Source of the DNA: Balanoglossus misakiensis
Taxonomy: Eukaryota; Animalia; Hemichordata
NCBI GenBank assembly: GCA_040954595.2
Contig: CM082594.2
Coordinates: 4,883,319 to 4,947,318 of the forward strand
Length of the DNA: 64,000 nt
Direction of reading: 5' to 3'
Shown here piece by piece: positions 1-14,307 of the stretch (positions are counted from its first letter, which is position 1; each line of letters starts with the position of its first letter). Position numbers and translations under genes: made by a program. Under the pieces are notes generated by a model. That model ran no database searches, was not told the origin of the DNA, and saw nothing but the letters and a program-made list of their open reading frames with translations.

Positions 1-3000
1 AGCGGCGGAAATAAACGATTGAGTGGACAGACGCGACAAATGGATTTGAAACATCGACTCGTCAAAATCGGATCTTCGAAAAGCAAGCAAACGCGAGTAC
101 GAATGAAAACATATTGCAAGCTATCGAATCGCTACTAGGTTTTGTTATAAACAAAAACAGTGAAAACATGGCCGCCGAACGTCGCATACACATCATACTG
201 TATACATTTCTGTTACTTGTAGTTTCTTCGTTTCCAAGAGTTGAAATTCCGAACCCTTCTCTGTCTTAAATTGCAAACTGTAGGGCCACCTGTATCCGCC
301 AGCCCCTATTCAGCAGGCCATTAGCTTGACCTTACGATAAGATTAAAGTTCGTTACATTATCACTACGTGTCGCCGGTTGGTACCCAATGCGTTGCCATG
401 TCGACAGAATCCTAAGTAACCATGGGAGACGAGAACCTCGGAGGACGCTCCGCTGTGTCCTTGACAGAGCGGCAGCGGCGTAAACCCGGAATTTATTTCA
501 AAGTACGAAACAGATTAATATCCGTTGGCGAACGACCGAACAAATACGCCGGTCTTTATAAACGCGGTTTCGAATAGAAGAAGGTAACAAAGCGGGAATT
601 TCAGATATTCAGAATTAAACAAATTTAACCGCTCAGTGATCGGGCTAAACTGGACCATTAAATCAAACTCGCTTTACGGTTGGGGTGGAAATTCCACAGA
701 TATCTTATACTCGGTCGTTGGTGAAATATTTAAGTTTTGAAAATGTATCTGCCGCAGGGAAGGGGTTATATCATAACACCGGGGGTATACATATTTGTTA
801 CGATAGTTTGGAAGGGTGACGGTGTTTTAACTAGCTCTAACCAGCGTCAAAGGCGCTCACGACACTGGCATGCAAAGTCAAATTTGTCTAAACCACTAAA
901 CAAAACAAAAGAATACTCGGACCTGAAATATATGCAGCCAATGCTGCTATATAGCTTTGGTATTTGGTCGACGGCACGAACGCAGTTTCTACTCTCGATA
1001 TGGAGAGGACGGGGCATGGTTAAGAATAAATGAATAATTTACCCCCCCCCCCCCCTCAGCTATCGCAAAATGGAAAACAATATTTTGGCTCTCAGTGACA
1101 CATAAAAAACTGGCTAAACCCCAACCATTTTCGTTTAAGATCTCTCATCATTTTTACAGATGTCCAGATAAAACTTGGTCACTTAAGACCAGGCATCGGG
1201 TTTTCCGTAGCCGCGTTGGACGCTACTTTGCTCCACGATAAAATCTCTACACGCATGATAATTGACAGATATTCCACAAAAGACTGCTCACTGAAGTCAG
1301 TTATTTATCCCAAACATTCCTTCATATGCCCGTCAAGTTTGTGTCTGTTTGCTCCTTCCATTGTGTACCTGCTAAAAGCCCCACCAGGTTTTTGTATTAG
1401 CGGACACCTGTATCTGTCGATTTTTCTCTCTCACAAAAGCTTCGCACCACACGTGCGTCCCCATTGACATTGCAGCGGGTCGTTCTACGGATTGTAAATC
1501 TGCTTTTGGGTAGCTTAATTCGAAATACGATGACAGGTAGGGGATGGTGGGGCTAATCTGCGCCCGGGGCCCATTCCTTAGAGAACCTTCTAGTCGGCCA
1601 GTGAATCAAAAGTGTCCAATTCAGAACCCCCATCTCTTAGTGTCCCTCGCGGCGATTTCGGCTCTCTCTCTCTCACTCTATTTCTCTCTCCCCTTCTCTT
1701 CTGTCTCCCCTTCTCTCTCTCTTCTGTCAACATTGTGAGTACTGCCGCTCCCTTCCTTCCTAAAGTCGCGCACGATGCAACGTCTTCGACAAATGCCTCA
1801 TAAATGCGACACATCTTTGAAAAGCGTACCGGAGATTCCTCGCACATCTGGTGCACAAGGGACATCAGGTCAAGTTTTACAACAAGGCTGTATTTACAAG
1901 AAAAAAGTGATCGTATACATGTAGATACTTTTTGATTTGGAAACAATAAACGTTTGTGCGGCCGTACAAAGCGTGAAAGGAGAAACAAGTATATACAAAG
2001 GTCCAGATTTCAGAGGTTGTCCTAACATTAAAGTAGTTTTCGTTTCACCCCATGCCTGTGTATAAGAAACAAGTTTACTTTATATCAGAGTTTACCATAA
2101 ATCAAGTTCGAGCACTCTATTGTTTCCTGCCAAGTTATTCGAATACTTTAAAGGCAACAATCGGTGAACAAGGATAGTTTTGTGATACGTTTTGGGGGAA
2201 AAAGGGAAACAATTTTGTTTTTGTAAAGTACATGTATACCAGTTCAGTGTAACCCGACGACACGCACAGATGGTTGAAAAGACACTCCCATCATATTTAA
2301 AAGAGTTGCATTAAAGCTCCATCAGCTGTAACTTTTGGCTACTTTAATATGTATTAAATGCAGTTTTTTTAAAGTCGTTATAGCATGATGAAACTCCAAG
2401 TACTTCACATATCAGGGGACCCAAACAACCACGTGATGGGGTCCACTAGAGTTTAATGAACGTAACAATTATTTTTGCTGTGAAGATATCAAATGATGCG
2501 GACAGAATGCCTTGTTTGTACACAGAAGTTGCGCGTGCGCACTTCCGACCATTGTCGCCCTTTACAAAACTATCAAGGTACCAAATGGTCACAACTTCTG
2601 GAATCCGGTCTCTCGATTCTGCATTTATCTAACCGTGTATTATATAATGAGAAATTAGATAACGTAGAATTGAGATCGAGCACAATTCACAGTTTTTTTT
2701 CACAGTTATGTAATTGTGAAGTGGGATGATCATTCAAGATCACTGGCTAGAGATAGTTCTGTCCACGAGATACGATTGATTGTCTACCACCCTGAGCCGA
2801 TTAAAAACTAGCGTTTGGTACTACACATGAGCATCCCTTGAGTTTCGATATCATGTGCCATGTATGCAGGCATCTACGGCTCTGGCCGTCGGCACATATA
2901 GCGTCGGATAACACGTATGCCATGCCATGTATAGATTCTCCAGTGACGGAACGTCTGGTATGTCACGTGGATTATGTCATCCGAGAGTGAGAGTATAGCA

Positions 3001-6000
3001 CTGACGTCAGATTTTACATATTTCAATGAGCGTAATAACACAAATACAAAAATAAACCGAAACATGTACTAAGAATAACCCTATTTATCGAGGAGAGAAT
3101 GTCAGTCTTTTCTAGTCAACTTCGATATACCACAGGCGCGACATGAGATCAGATAGCGCGCAGTCAGATAGCTGTGAAACGTAGACTTTCAAGGTTTAGG
3201 GAAAACGACGACCGTGAAATAAAGAAAACATGGGTAAGATAGCGTTTTATGTCTGTGGATACACTTTTTACAGGCTGATAATTATGCCGAGATATTATGA
3301 GTCCATCCTTGAGCTTTACTGTAAATAGTATACATAACATGAACACGATCGTAAATACACGCTATCGCGATTTGGCTGACAGTCGGTTTATGATTGACAT
3401 CGTAAGACAGAAGGCTTGTGAAAACTGCGTGTTTGAGGGGGGTAACACAAACACATCTCCGACCAAGCGAACGCCGTCTCTTACGCCAATTTAATGAGGC
3501 GTGTGGAATCTCCCTCATGAAGATATGTCCAATCTGTTCTTTAAATATACACACAGGTGCGCATACTGCTATCAATCACCGGCTGCCATGGAGACAGAAC
3601 AGAAGGGGGTACACGCTGAGAAGAAAAGCCCAGTGCACTGGCGTGATACAAGATTATGTAGAATTAATGTAGCGAGCCTAATTATCGACATTAATTTGGG
3701 TTATTGGGCGCGACGTTTTTTCCCCCATCATGCGTCTGTGACTAAATTACGACAATTCTATAATCCGTCTATGCAGCTGTATAGTTCGATTTTATACGCG
3801 TACCACTTTTGGCGCGAGTGCGTTTATATTTTGCGAATTTTATCGTCATTTTTCGACGAACTCAATGTTTATTATTACTCAGGGGCATGAAGTGAATGTG
3901 GAGAGGGGTAGCGTTTGCGGGCGAGATTTCTACATCTAAACATTTTCATTCCTGCACACACGTCCACTTCAGAAATGTATAAGAGGTTCGTCTGTATTTC
4001 AAACCTTCGTCCGGTCCTTACAACACGGAGAGGGCCGTCGTCAAATATAACTAGGCTTATAAGTTCAAGCATAAACTTTGGATCTCTTCTTAAATTTTGA
4101 TTGTGAACTTTTGCGTGGGATCATTCCCTGCATTTGCAGGGTGAAATCAAAGCAGTGCACGCATACAGAAGAAGCGATATTGAAATGTCTCGACGGTCAG
4201 CTGCTGCACGTTTCCTGGAGGTGACATTCCCCGGGCCGCGGTGTTGTTTTTATTATTCGCTGAAGGTATTCAGTTCTTTCGCAGGTGTTCAAGTCGGCAT
4301 CTATCTGCGGGGGACCCCCAGTGGTACGGCAAGTGATAGCATTATGAACACATTGTTCACAAGCAATCGCCGCACATATTGGGGCTACTACTCGAAGTCT
4401 TTTTTTGTTGTTGTTGATCGGTGCAGTTGTCCCGCGCCAGGCGTATCGCGCATGTATACAACAATCTTGGTCTCTGCCTGCCTGTTTGTTTTCGCGGTAA
4501 TGTTTCAAATAACTGACAGATTTCACGGTCTTTATATATATATATAAAGTTGCCCCCTTGTGATATCGCCGCAGCTGCGGCCTGGCCTGGGGAACACGTG
4601 CTCCAAATCTCACGTTATTGGGACTTGGCCAAGGGAGCTTAATTCTATGAACGTGATTTGTGTGTGGAGACATGGGGCGGAATCACAATGGCGACTTATT
4701 TACCTCTCCAAACACCTTTGGTTCCAAATATTTAGGAGTTTTCCTACTTTTCTTCAGGGGCAAATCGGCAAATGTCAATAGAAAACAGATGTATCCACCT
4801 TATCCAAACCCACTGACGGATCATCGACCTCTGAGGACATGTCTCGAATTGTATCGTGAAATCTCGCGAGATCGGCTGAAATTCTGCTCTCACGAAGTGT
4901 CCGATCTCCGCGGAGCAACGTTATTACTGGTATTATACCATATCAGGGACACCTCTGTTTACCCCCGATAGAAAGCCACTCAACAATTTCACACTTCAAA
5001 CTACAAAAAAAGATAACGGGAGATAAGTTGTACATTCTACCTCTAAGATTCAAGTTTTAGCAACGACTGAGTTTTGAAACTGTGGCACGCACAGTCATGC
5101 GTCGGCCAAAATTGACTTTAACCACAACTGAGTATTAAAAAAAAGGTTATTTACTTCCCGTTGTACTGAGAAAAATTAAGTTCAGATAAATACACTGTCG
5201 TGCTTTTTTTTAATTTCACAAGAGAAAACGTCGATGCCCCTTTGGTTGTCACGGGAACGCAACCAAGACGTTGTAAGATTGCCTGCCTTTTATTGTTCAG
5301 CGGGGAAAGATTTACAACAGCCTTGTAAATTAGCAGAGAAACCTTGACATCTAGACCGTTGGATTTTTTTATCAGGCCGACTTATCTTCCACCCACCGCA
5401 TACCTTTCTCATTCGAAAGGAAGAATTCCACTCCCCTCGACCAGTTACTGCGCCATGCAGCGACCGTGGATTCGCCTATAGGTCTCGGTACATATTTTAA
5501 TTTTCCCTCCTTTTGTTCCGCCATTGTCCGGGCAAGGTTGTAATTGTTAGCGCCGTAGAATGAGAACAGAACTTTACGGGTCTGATAGATGCCTATTACA
5601 GACTGGCGAGTGAGAATCACCTCGACCCTTTTTCAGGTTTTGGAAACCGTGCACTGTTCCCAGGGTTAGATTTACTGCCCCCCCCCCCTTCCCCGAACAC
5701 GATTAAGACTCGCACCTTTTGAATATTTAAAGGAATCATTATGCATTCGCGCTTCTTTTTCTCTCTCTCTCTTTCTCCACAAGATGTGACCGGCCAGGTC
5801 GTTTAATCTCACGCTGCAAGACCTTGGAAACGTCAGCCCCCTTTTTCAGTGGCGCGTTGAAGGATATGTCGTGTTGGGCTAGGGTAACGAACTCTGTTCG
5901 GTATGCGAAAGTGTCCGATTGAAATTGAAGGAATGCGAGTCTTTTACAGCCTGTATACAGGAACTATGCTGGGGATACGGTGTTTAGTTTTTTTATACGG

Positions 6001-6209
6001 TGTCGTAGATTAGGTTTCTTTCTTTTCCACGGCGTGTCGTGTTCGTCGACGACAAGTGGCGGTGGTCAGGGCGATGTAAGAACATACTCGTATTAATGTA
6101 GTGCCGTGACCGTGAAAGCCCCGTGTCGTTCCAAGACATGCGCTGAAAGCCGCCACCACTCCAACTGGCCTGTTTCAAGTAGTAGCTGTCTTTCATCTTT
6201 CTATCAACA

Positions 6210-6375
6210 CCAGCTGATTGACAGGCGAGGAAAGAAGATCGCAGCGGACGGCAAACATATCGCTGGCGTTTATTACATTTCCCCCACTGTACACACAGTG
6301 GAGGAGACTCCAGAGGGGACTGCCAATCAAAAAGTTGCGGCGGCCAATCAGCGCGCGGGCGCGCTATAATCTCAC
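6210..6375 (+). promoter_or_regulatory. Candidate promoter: TGATTGACAG decamer, two CCAAT boxes, GC-rich block and TATAAT
   Basis: TGATTGACAG 6215-6224, CCAATCA at 6323 and 6344, GCGCGCGGGCGCGC, then TATAAT 6365-6370. Confidence 0.35.
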
Positions 6376-7382
6376 CGGTTGTGACTTGGAGCATATTGCT
6401 GTAGGCACCGCATCGCGGGATGCTGGCTCGGAACGCCGATTTTTTTGGCAGACATGATAACGGCGAGACGCCACAATGGAGGACGCACTGAGAAAGGGCA
6501 ATTTACATGGCCGCGGAAATTATTCTAAGAATGGAAAGTGGAGGGGGGAAACGCTGGCGTAATCGACGATAAGACCATATCAACATATTTGGTGCCACGC
6601 TTGTCTTTGAGCGACTGGCCCCCCGAGCTCACGAATGGAGCATTGAATGAAGTCCGCTTTCTATCAACAGTTAACAGGCATGATTTATTGTGATGTTATT
6701 ATTTTAAACGCTGTTTATTCTAAACTCAAGACAATGCTCCGATCATTGATGCATTTACTTACAGGACGCGTGGAAGGTGTTGTTACTCGGTCAGAGGTCA
6801 CCGACAGGACACACTCACACACGCATATACTCCACGAACAAGATGTTGGGTCCAAAGTGAAATGTGTTTGATGACAGTTTTTATGCTGTAAATACATTTT
6901 AGTTGATCAGATCGAATGGCAGACGACTGTCGAGGACAAGTCTACATTCCGTTTCCAATTAGTGGCATCTTCTCCAACTGAGCTGTTAAATTACTACAAT
7001 TCTTGGAATTTTACAACACTGTTGCTCAGCGTGGGTTGAAATCAAGTAACCACGCATTTTTCACACTGTACAGTACTTTTTCTCAAAGGTATTACCAAAT
7101 GTTACTCTAACTACATGTACATTGTGTATCTTTAAGTTACATATTTTGTGCACTGGGCATGCGCATGACGAAGCTGTAAACATCATGACGTAGGCAACCA
7201 TAATTTTTGAGTGTATCCGAAGAAATCACTCAGTTAGCCCACATATTACTTGTGGGAGTATGTAATTACACGCGAAAACAAGCGTATTGAAACAAATATC
7301 GTTAAATACAATTGTATGTTAATTAAGATATGGCAACGAGGCCAATTTTGTCGGGTTCCGATAGTTTCCACGGTGCTTTTAC

Positions 7383-7478
<96 letters not shown>
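7383..7478. repeat. (CAT)n microsatellite, ~31 units
   Basis: Uninterrupted CAT run. It explains the poly-Met and poly-Ile ORFs in the track. Confidence 0.97.
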
Positions 7479-8909
7479 CTAACAACGAAAACTGATACTA
7501 CAAAAGTAATCGGATACGAGCCAGTAGGCAAAAATCCGACAGCATTCGATGCATGAATGTCTTGGTGCGGTTTTCATAGAAACATTTTGTGAATCGCTCA
7601 GAACATAGCATTTTTGCGAAGTACTTCATGGACACATGACTTGAAAAATCCTTCACACACAAGATTGGTGTCGGAGTCAAATGCATTGCGAAATAACATC
7701 GTGTCGTCGATGGTTTGCGGCAATGTCAGCGCCGGCCATGTTCAAAATTTACTATTATAATAAAACCCTATACATACAGTGTGTCGGTTCATAACGTAAT
7801 ATTACACGTTGTGTCGACCGTGGATGTCGTCTATTCAGTACAGAAACAGGTATGTAAGAAACTCATTCTTACTTGTGAAGGGGGTGTCAACGCTGTTTGG
7901 AACTGATTGTCACAAACCTCTCTGTTTCTTACCCTATCTTTTCAAAGAGGGGGGGGGGGGAGATCTGTAGGTCGTAGAACACAATAGAGATTGACTTCCA
8001 GCTAGGGTACATACAGGTCCAGATTCGGCCCAGGTGGTGATACTGGAAGCGAATTTCACATGAGGAATTGAGCCCTAAATCGCAGAAAATTTGCGCCTGT
8101 GTTCACACCGATAACTTAAGTCGCGTGAATTCGGTAAAAAAACCATTTGAATGTTCAGCACGTACAACACGTATGTAGGCATGGGACAACCGCCTGCTTA
8201 GAAACCGGACGGTTTCTATGCTTGGGAAGGCTGAGAGGAGGGGATCAATTCAGTCGTAATACTAGTATACACTCAGTGCGTTTTCATCTGGGTGCAATGA
8301 ATAGAGAACTCCCAATCCCCCCACTCCAAGGTGGGACCAAGTCAGGATGCCAAAAAACGGTGGTGATTATTGCCGTGTTTACAAACAAACTCGGAATAAT
8401 TGACAGCCGCCGTCAATTTCCCTCCAGGAGCCCTGCAAAGCTGATAGCTATTGTTTTAAACTTTGCTACAATTGATAGCCCCCCTATACAATGATTGACA
8501 GGGCGTCACAAAGGTTACATCTGCACTCCGGTTGGTGGGCCATTCACCGTGATTATCCTAAAAATTCGTGGCTGGAGGCGAGTAATGGTCACCGCCGCGC
8601 CCGGCCAACAATTCGGTGAGGCCCCACTCGACGGGGGCCAGGTCGATCTTGTAACAAGACTATTTGACATATGTGACGCTTTCCCATTGTGGCTGTCTAA
8701 TCTACCACAAGAAAACGAGATTTACCATTTCAAATCGCCGTACCCCCTAGGCCGCGCCTCTCCCGACTATCTAATGCCATATAAACAAGATCTTACCCCT
8801 TTATGCAACACATGCATCTACATTTTGTATTAGTTGCAGTGTCTCTCGACTAAAACTTTCTTTTCATCGAACTTTGTGCCACACACATCTCCGCGCTCTT
8901 GCTGTTCAC

Positions 8910-9180
8910 CGCTAATCAATTCACCACCCTCCAACTTAAGGTTATTAATTAATGCTAATCAAGCCAATTGTTACTCTTAATTGCTACTAATTACTATTTA
9001 CAGTATTTGCTGGTAGGTCCGAGATAGCGGAGAGTCTGATGGCGCTGTCAAGAGACAACGATTGACAGTTTGCAAATGACGAACGGCCATCAGTGGCGGG
9101 TTGAAAGGGTGTCAATCATTGGTTAATTTAAGCGCAGTCAATCACTCTGGTTTGAAAGCTCGTCAATCATTGGTTGACGC
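8910..9180. promoter_or_regulatory. Candidate enhancer/promoter: homeodomain TAAT cluster plus three TGATTGAC (Pbx-TALE) sites overlapping CCAAT boxes
   Basis: GTCAATCA at 9111, 9137 and 9162, two of them followed by TTGGTT. CGATTGACAG at 9059. Many TAAT/ATTA motifs in 8911-8995. Confidence 0.45.
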
Positions 9181-10443
9181 GCTCCCCCGCCCAGATAAAC
9201 ATCACCGGGCAACAGGCGACTCGTCGCTCTAGATCTGTTGGCATTTTCATTGAGAGCTTTCTCCTCCGCCTAGAAATAAGACATGATCATTTGATGTTGA
9301 CATTGCTCGCAGACGCACTCAAAAAAAAGCGACACTTCGATAAAGTTTCTGCGCAGCTGGACAATGGTACGTGTCCAACACACACAAAGCCTATTCTATC
9401 CGAGTATTGACTCTACGCAGCTGAGGGGGGTCCCAGATAAAATGCTCTCAACAATTAATTAAGAAATCGGTGAAAGCGCTCTGCGGCTTAACTTAATTGA
9501 AACACGGGACCGGAAACAAGCGCGTCCAAGGACCAATCGAAAGCCAGTTGCGTGCGCGGATTGTTAGAGGAAATACGCGACAATATCTGATTGGCAAGCT
9601 GGTTTACATCGTTCAACCTGAACGAGGAATTGCGCAATAGTGACGGACCGTGAAATGCCTCTGTGGGGTTTTCGCCAAAGAACGAACAAAGCACGATCAT
9701 TATTTAAAGTGGGGAAGTCGCTCACTCATTTCATCATTTTGGTAACTTTAGTTTCTTTGATATTATCTGAGTTGCGCTGCTCACCGAAAACAAGTCAAAT
9801 CTCGGGCTGTCACCGTGACAACCAAACCCACACCCTGCACATGAGCATTAAAGCCCGTCAGATTTTGGCATTTTTTTTTAGAATTTGTCTCCCACGTAGT
9901 TTCTTGATCTACCCTGGACAGCTCCAAGGAATGTTAAGGCGGCAGCTTCTCAACACTGAACCCTCTATACGAGTAACGGCCATTGTTATCGTTTACAGAT
10001 TAATTCAAGTCCGAATTATAATTCAATTTCCAACAACAACAACAACAACAACAATGCCTATTACTACAAAATGGCTGTGGACGATTATTAATGTTTTACA
10101 GAGTAGAACAAAATGCCATAGGTGATACCAAATATAAAAGTAACGAGAAAATAGGCAAGAGTTTGAGTTGCCGGAGCTTTAAGATTTGGGTATTCACGTG
10201 CTGTGATCATGCACAGGATCATGTGATTTGAGTTTGGACAAATAGCGCGAATAAATAGTAGGCCTATATCAAAAGAAACCAAAATAACCCAAATAATATA
10301 AAGTGGTTGACTGTATTCCTTTATATTTTTTCCTTGTCCGTGATTACTATCTACTAAAGAATAACTGCTTCACAAGATTAATGAAATATCAAATTCTACA
10401 TTCACTGTTATATGACACGAGCTTAGATGGCATCGTGGTGTTA

Positions 10444-10834
10444 GGGACTGGTCAGTTTCAGTAGCCGGGGGGGGGGGGGTTCCAGCAGGATTAGTAGGAG
10501 GATCACATTTTCTTTGAAAGCTCAACAGGGGTCACCCTGTTTCTGAAATGTACAATACGGGGTCGGTGTGTTTTTGATTGTGAAAGAGTACACATTTCAA
10601 AGACAGAAGTGCATCACACCACCAGCTTTGCACTCACTTTGGCGAAGGGGTCGTTTTCTTCCCGGACTAATTTGCATAAGTGTTTATGATTTTTACGTCA
10701 ACGAATCTATATTGCTCTCAGGAGAACACTGCATGAGCGATCACCCTGTTTATTTCCGGGGGGGGGGCACTGACTTTTTGACATTCATGTACACTACAGC
10801 AAATCCACCCCGATCGGAGGAAATGACCAGCCCC
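10444..10834. mobile_element. PIF/Harbinger-type MITE
   Basis: Imperfect TIRs GGGACTGGTCAGTTTC ... GGAAATGACCAGCCCC, flanked on both sides by TTA (3-bp TSD). No coding capacity. Confidence 0.65.
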
Positions 10835-13800
10835 TTAGTTTGTCACTTCACCCATCACAAAAAAAAAACCGCAAAAAAAGAAACCGTTCTCGGAATTTAC
10901 CACAGTGAGATAATGAAACTATTCACCGCATTTCTTTGGCTCTAGGCGATGTTGGGTAATAGCTTTATTCTACCCATGGAAGTAGTTCTGTCCCAATGGC
11001 GTTGCCGTGTACACTTTAGAAATGCACACTTCATACAAATGTCTTCAATACAGCGTCGCGCAAAATCGAGCCGTACCCCCCCCCCCCCACACACACACAC
11101 ACTTCGTTGGAGGGAAACGGGATGAGAAAGGTCACGAAGTGTAATTGCGAATGGTAGATGCATTTATCATTCGAGAAACTCTGCACTGGTGAACATTAAT
11201 CGTGGGTAACAAGTGGAATAGGCAAGCCCTTGGGGTCCTATCCTTTGGGGTGGGACGGAGAGCACAGTTAAATAACAAGATCATTATGTATTCATGATAT
11301 ACCCTATTAATGCAAATGAGCGTGACCAAATCCTTTCTTCTCGACTCATCCTGTTTGTACGCGCGGACTCTTAACTTTCTCTCTCTTTTCACTCACCGCT
11401 GCACCCTCTGTTCTGGGTATAGGCCCTACTTCTGCCTGGTTACATATGAAATGTCACGATATCCATGTTTGAGACCCAGGGTACCGCCACCCCAGATCTG
11501 CGATACCACTTTCGGCCAAACCTCCCCGTCAAAGAGAAATAAAGACATATTAAAACGCGAAGTTTCAGTCACCTAAAACACGGACGACGCTTCGATATCT
11601 AATAATTCAGGTGGTAAACACACTCCTGGGTACGATTTAGAGGCCAATAAACCGAATCATAGTGTTGTTTATCAGTAACCGTAGCAATACCCCATACACA
11701 ATCCCTTCCTAGCGGAAACACCTACTACAACCCGCACATACTATACGGTGTAGCCTTGAAACTTTCAAAGCGCACAACACAAAAAGTTCAACAGTTGGTG
11801 CCGGCGCTTTAAAGAAACCCACCACCACACCAACTTTGGACACCTTACCTGCTTTTAGCGAAGCAGCGACGGGTAGCTAGCTGTCCAGTCGTTTGGCCGC
11901 TACCCCCGGCCCTGTCGTCAATTGTTACAGACACCGTAATAAGGAGCCCAAACGTGTGACTTGGTGACAAGTTACAATGTAGCGTATTGTGACAATGCAG
12001 CGCTGTTGAAGAGTGGCAGTTGTACACAGAAACTTTCACCGGAAATTACTTCACTGGTCCTCAAATCCCTTTACAATAATGTCCGTGGTCAAACTGGAAG
12101 AATACTGCACATTGCCGCGTGAATGGGGGAAACGCCGCCGATTTACTGCAACCTTTGACAACGGCTCTCTGTCCGCCTCACCGCATCCCAATGCGCGTCT
12201 CCAAATGCACAATTTTGCTTTCGACTGGAACCGACAAATTACACAATTTCGTCATTTAGGTCTAATCGCCGGCCGTATTCTACAGCAGTCGCCTGGTTTT
12301 TATTTGCCCTGTTGGCTCCAAGGTCGCCGAAATCACGACTGCACGATAAAAAGCCCACGTCAAGCATACTAGGGCGTCACGAACCTCGTATTGAAATCAC
12401 CCACGGCGGCCTGTTTAACACATTACTGTGACAGTATTGTAAACTCAAGCCCCGTCCTATGCCCGTCTGCATTACATCACTGCCTGACCCTGCCCAGCTA
12501 TTGCCCAATAGACAATTTCCACCTGGTTTAAATGCCATGTGGTCAAAGCGTTCCAGATGCTTATGGAACGGTTTTATACATTGCCGAATCTAAAATATTA
12601 GAAAACACGCAATTAGTGCCACCTCCTGCAGCGCGGATCTCGAGCTGGAAAATGTTTAATGCGAAGGCGCACTGTTGGACCCCGGGTTTTGAATGAACCT
12701 CCAAGTTTATACATACATATAGTTGTTTTATCCTTGAGCAAACTATGTCGCTATGATTTAAGTTATCGCTTTGATTTCGTAATGTCGACTTTCTTTTCTA
12801 CTTGACACGATGATGCCAAGTTATAATGTACACATATATTTTTTAAAGCTAACCTAGCACACACGTCACGTCAAGATGGCGATATGCACCGACTGATATA
12901 TAAGCCATGATTGAAGTTATCGTGATCACCACCACGTGCCTGGAGAACCACACCATTGGCATTATACTGATGCACTTGTCCAGAGTATGGTCACTGTCAC
13001 TGTGGAGTGACCATGGTCCGACTGAGAATATCGGAAAAACCTGTTATTCATGCGCGATTTTTTTTATCACAACTTCAAATTGTTCTCTCTGATAAGGGAC
13101 GAAATCGCCATCTTTTCGTCACCCATGTTTAAAAATATTAAACTTAATTAAAACGCATATAGTTGAGCTCAGTCTGCGTGAAGACATACAACTTAATTTA
13201 TGGTGTCATCGAAGACAACTCACTGGTGTCTCGAGATACGCAACGTGAAGTGTAAATGAAAAAGGGTCTTTTCTTTCAGTGATATTCTTATGGCGTCTTT
13301 ACCCCTAAACCGAAAGACATTAAATAGTGAAAAATTATTGTGAAAAATTATCTTATATTCCAGAGTTGGATGTCGCTTTAACTTTCAGCGTAAAGAACAA
13401 CTGTTCCGTAAGTGTCAACTTTAATTTGCCCCGAATCGCTACGTCGACTGCAGCGCCCCCTTGTGAGAAATGAACAATTCACAAGTCGGAGTTTATTGAA
13501 CATTTTCGAACCATTACATTTTTATAAAAACTGTCAATTAGAGATAACAATTGAAACTTTTATTCGACCGCTTATACCGCGGTATTTTTGAAAACCATTC
13601 AAAGTGCTAATATTTGGAGTTTTTCACCATATAGCAAGATTTATGCCCGTTTTAAATTGAAACAATTGTTGACACAACTTGACGATTTTTTCCCTTTGCG
13701 AGCATTCGAACCTTGCGTAGCGCGGTTACCATGTGACGGGGAAACGTAATGTTTTAGAGATTAGGCCTCTAGAGTCGGTTATAGTGGTGCGGCATGACAG

Positions 13801-14266
13801 ATCATGAAAACAGATCCAAACAAACAAACAACGCGCAAACAAAAACAACAATCAAAACAAAAAAATGGTCGCATTCCTAACGGTATTATACTACCATTTC
13901 AAGGTCTTTTCTGTGTTCCTTATTTATTCGCCAATGTCGCATTGTGGTCGAAATCGTCCGATGTATTGTGGGAAAGTTACGCTGATATTTCCTAGTAATA
14001 AAATGTGCATTTATCGACAATGGAGTCACTTTCAACGGCCAACCAAACGGTTTTAAATGTCGCAATCGATAGTGAGTACAAGGGGTGACATTCGACCTCC
14101 GCACAGAAAGTACGTTTTGTCATCACTGGATAAAAGGTCAAAATGGCCTATTTTCAGCAAGCGTACATATATATTTGAACCTGACATTGAAATAGTACAA
14201 TGTGCACAGTCGTTGGAGCACACATAATACTGACACGCCTAATACAAAACCGCCTTTCCTGGTGAC

Positions 14267-14307
14267 ATCATCATCATCATCATCATCAACAACAACAACA
14301 GCAGCAG
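14267..14307. repeat. Compound (CAT)n(CAA)n(CAG)n microsatellite
   Basis: Read directly from the sequence. Confidence 0.8.

Noticed and set aside
168-269. Short ORF MAAERRIHIILYTFLLLVVSSFPRVE... resembling a signal peptide
   Set aside because: It closes after 33 codons with no convincing splice donor. The ACATGGCCGCC context resembles ATGGC-type motifs seen repeatedly in non-coding parts of this window.
7246-7495. Poly-Met and poly-Ile ORFs
   Set aside because: Translation of the (CAT)n microsatellite.
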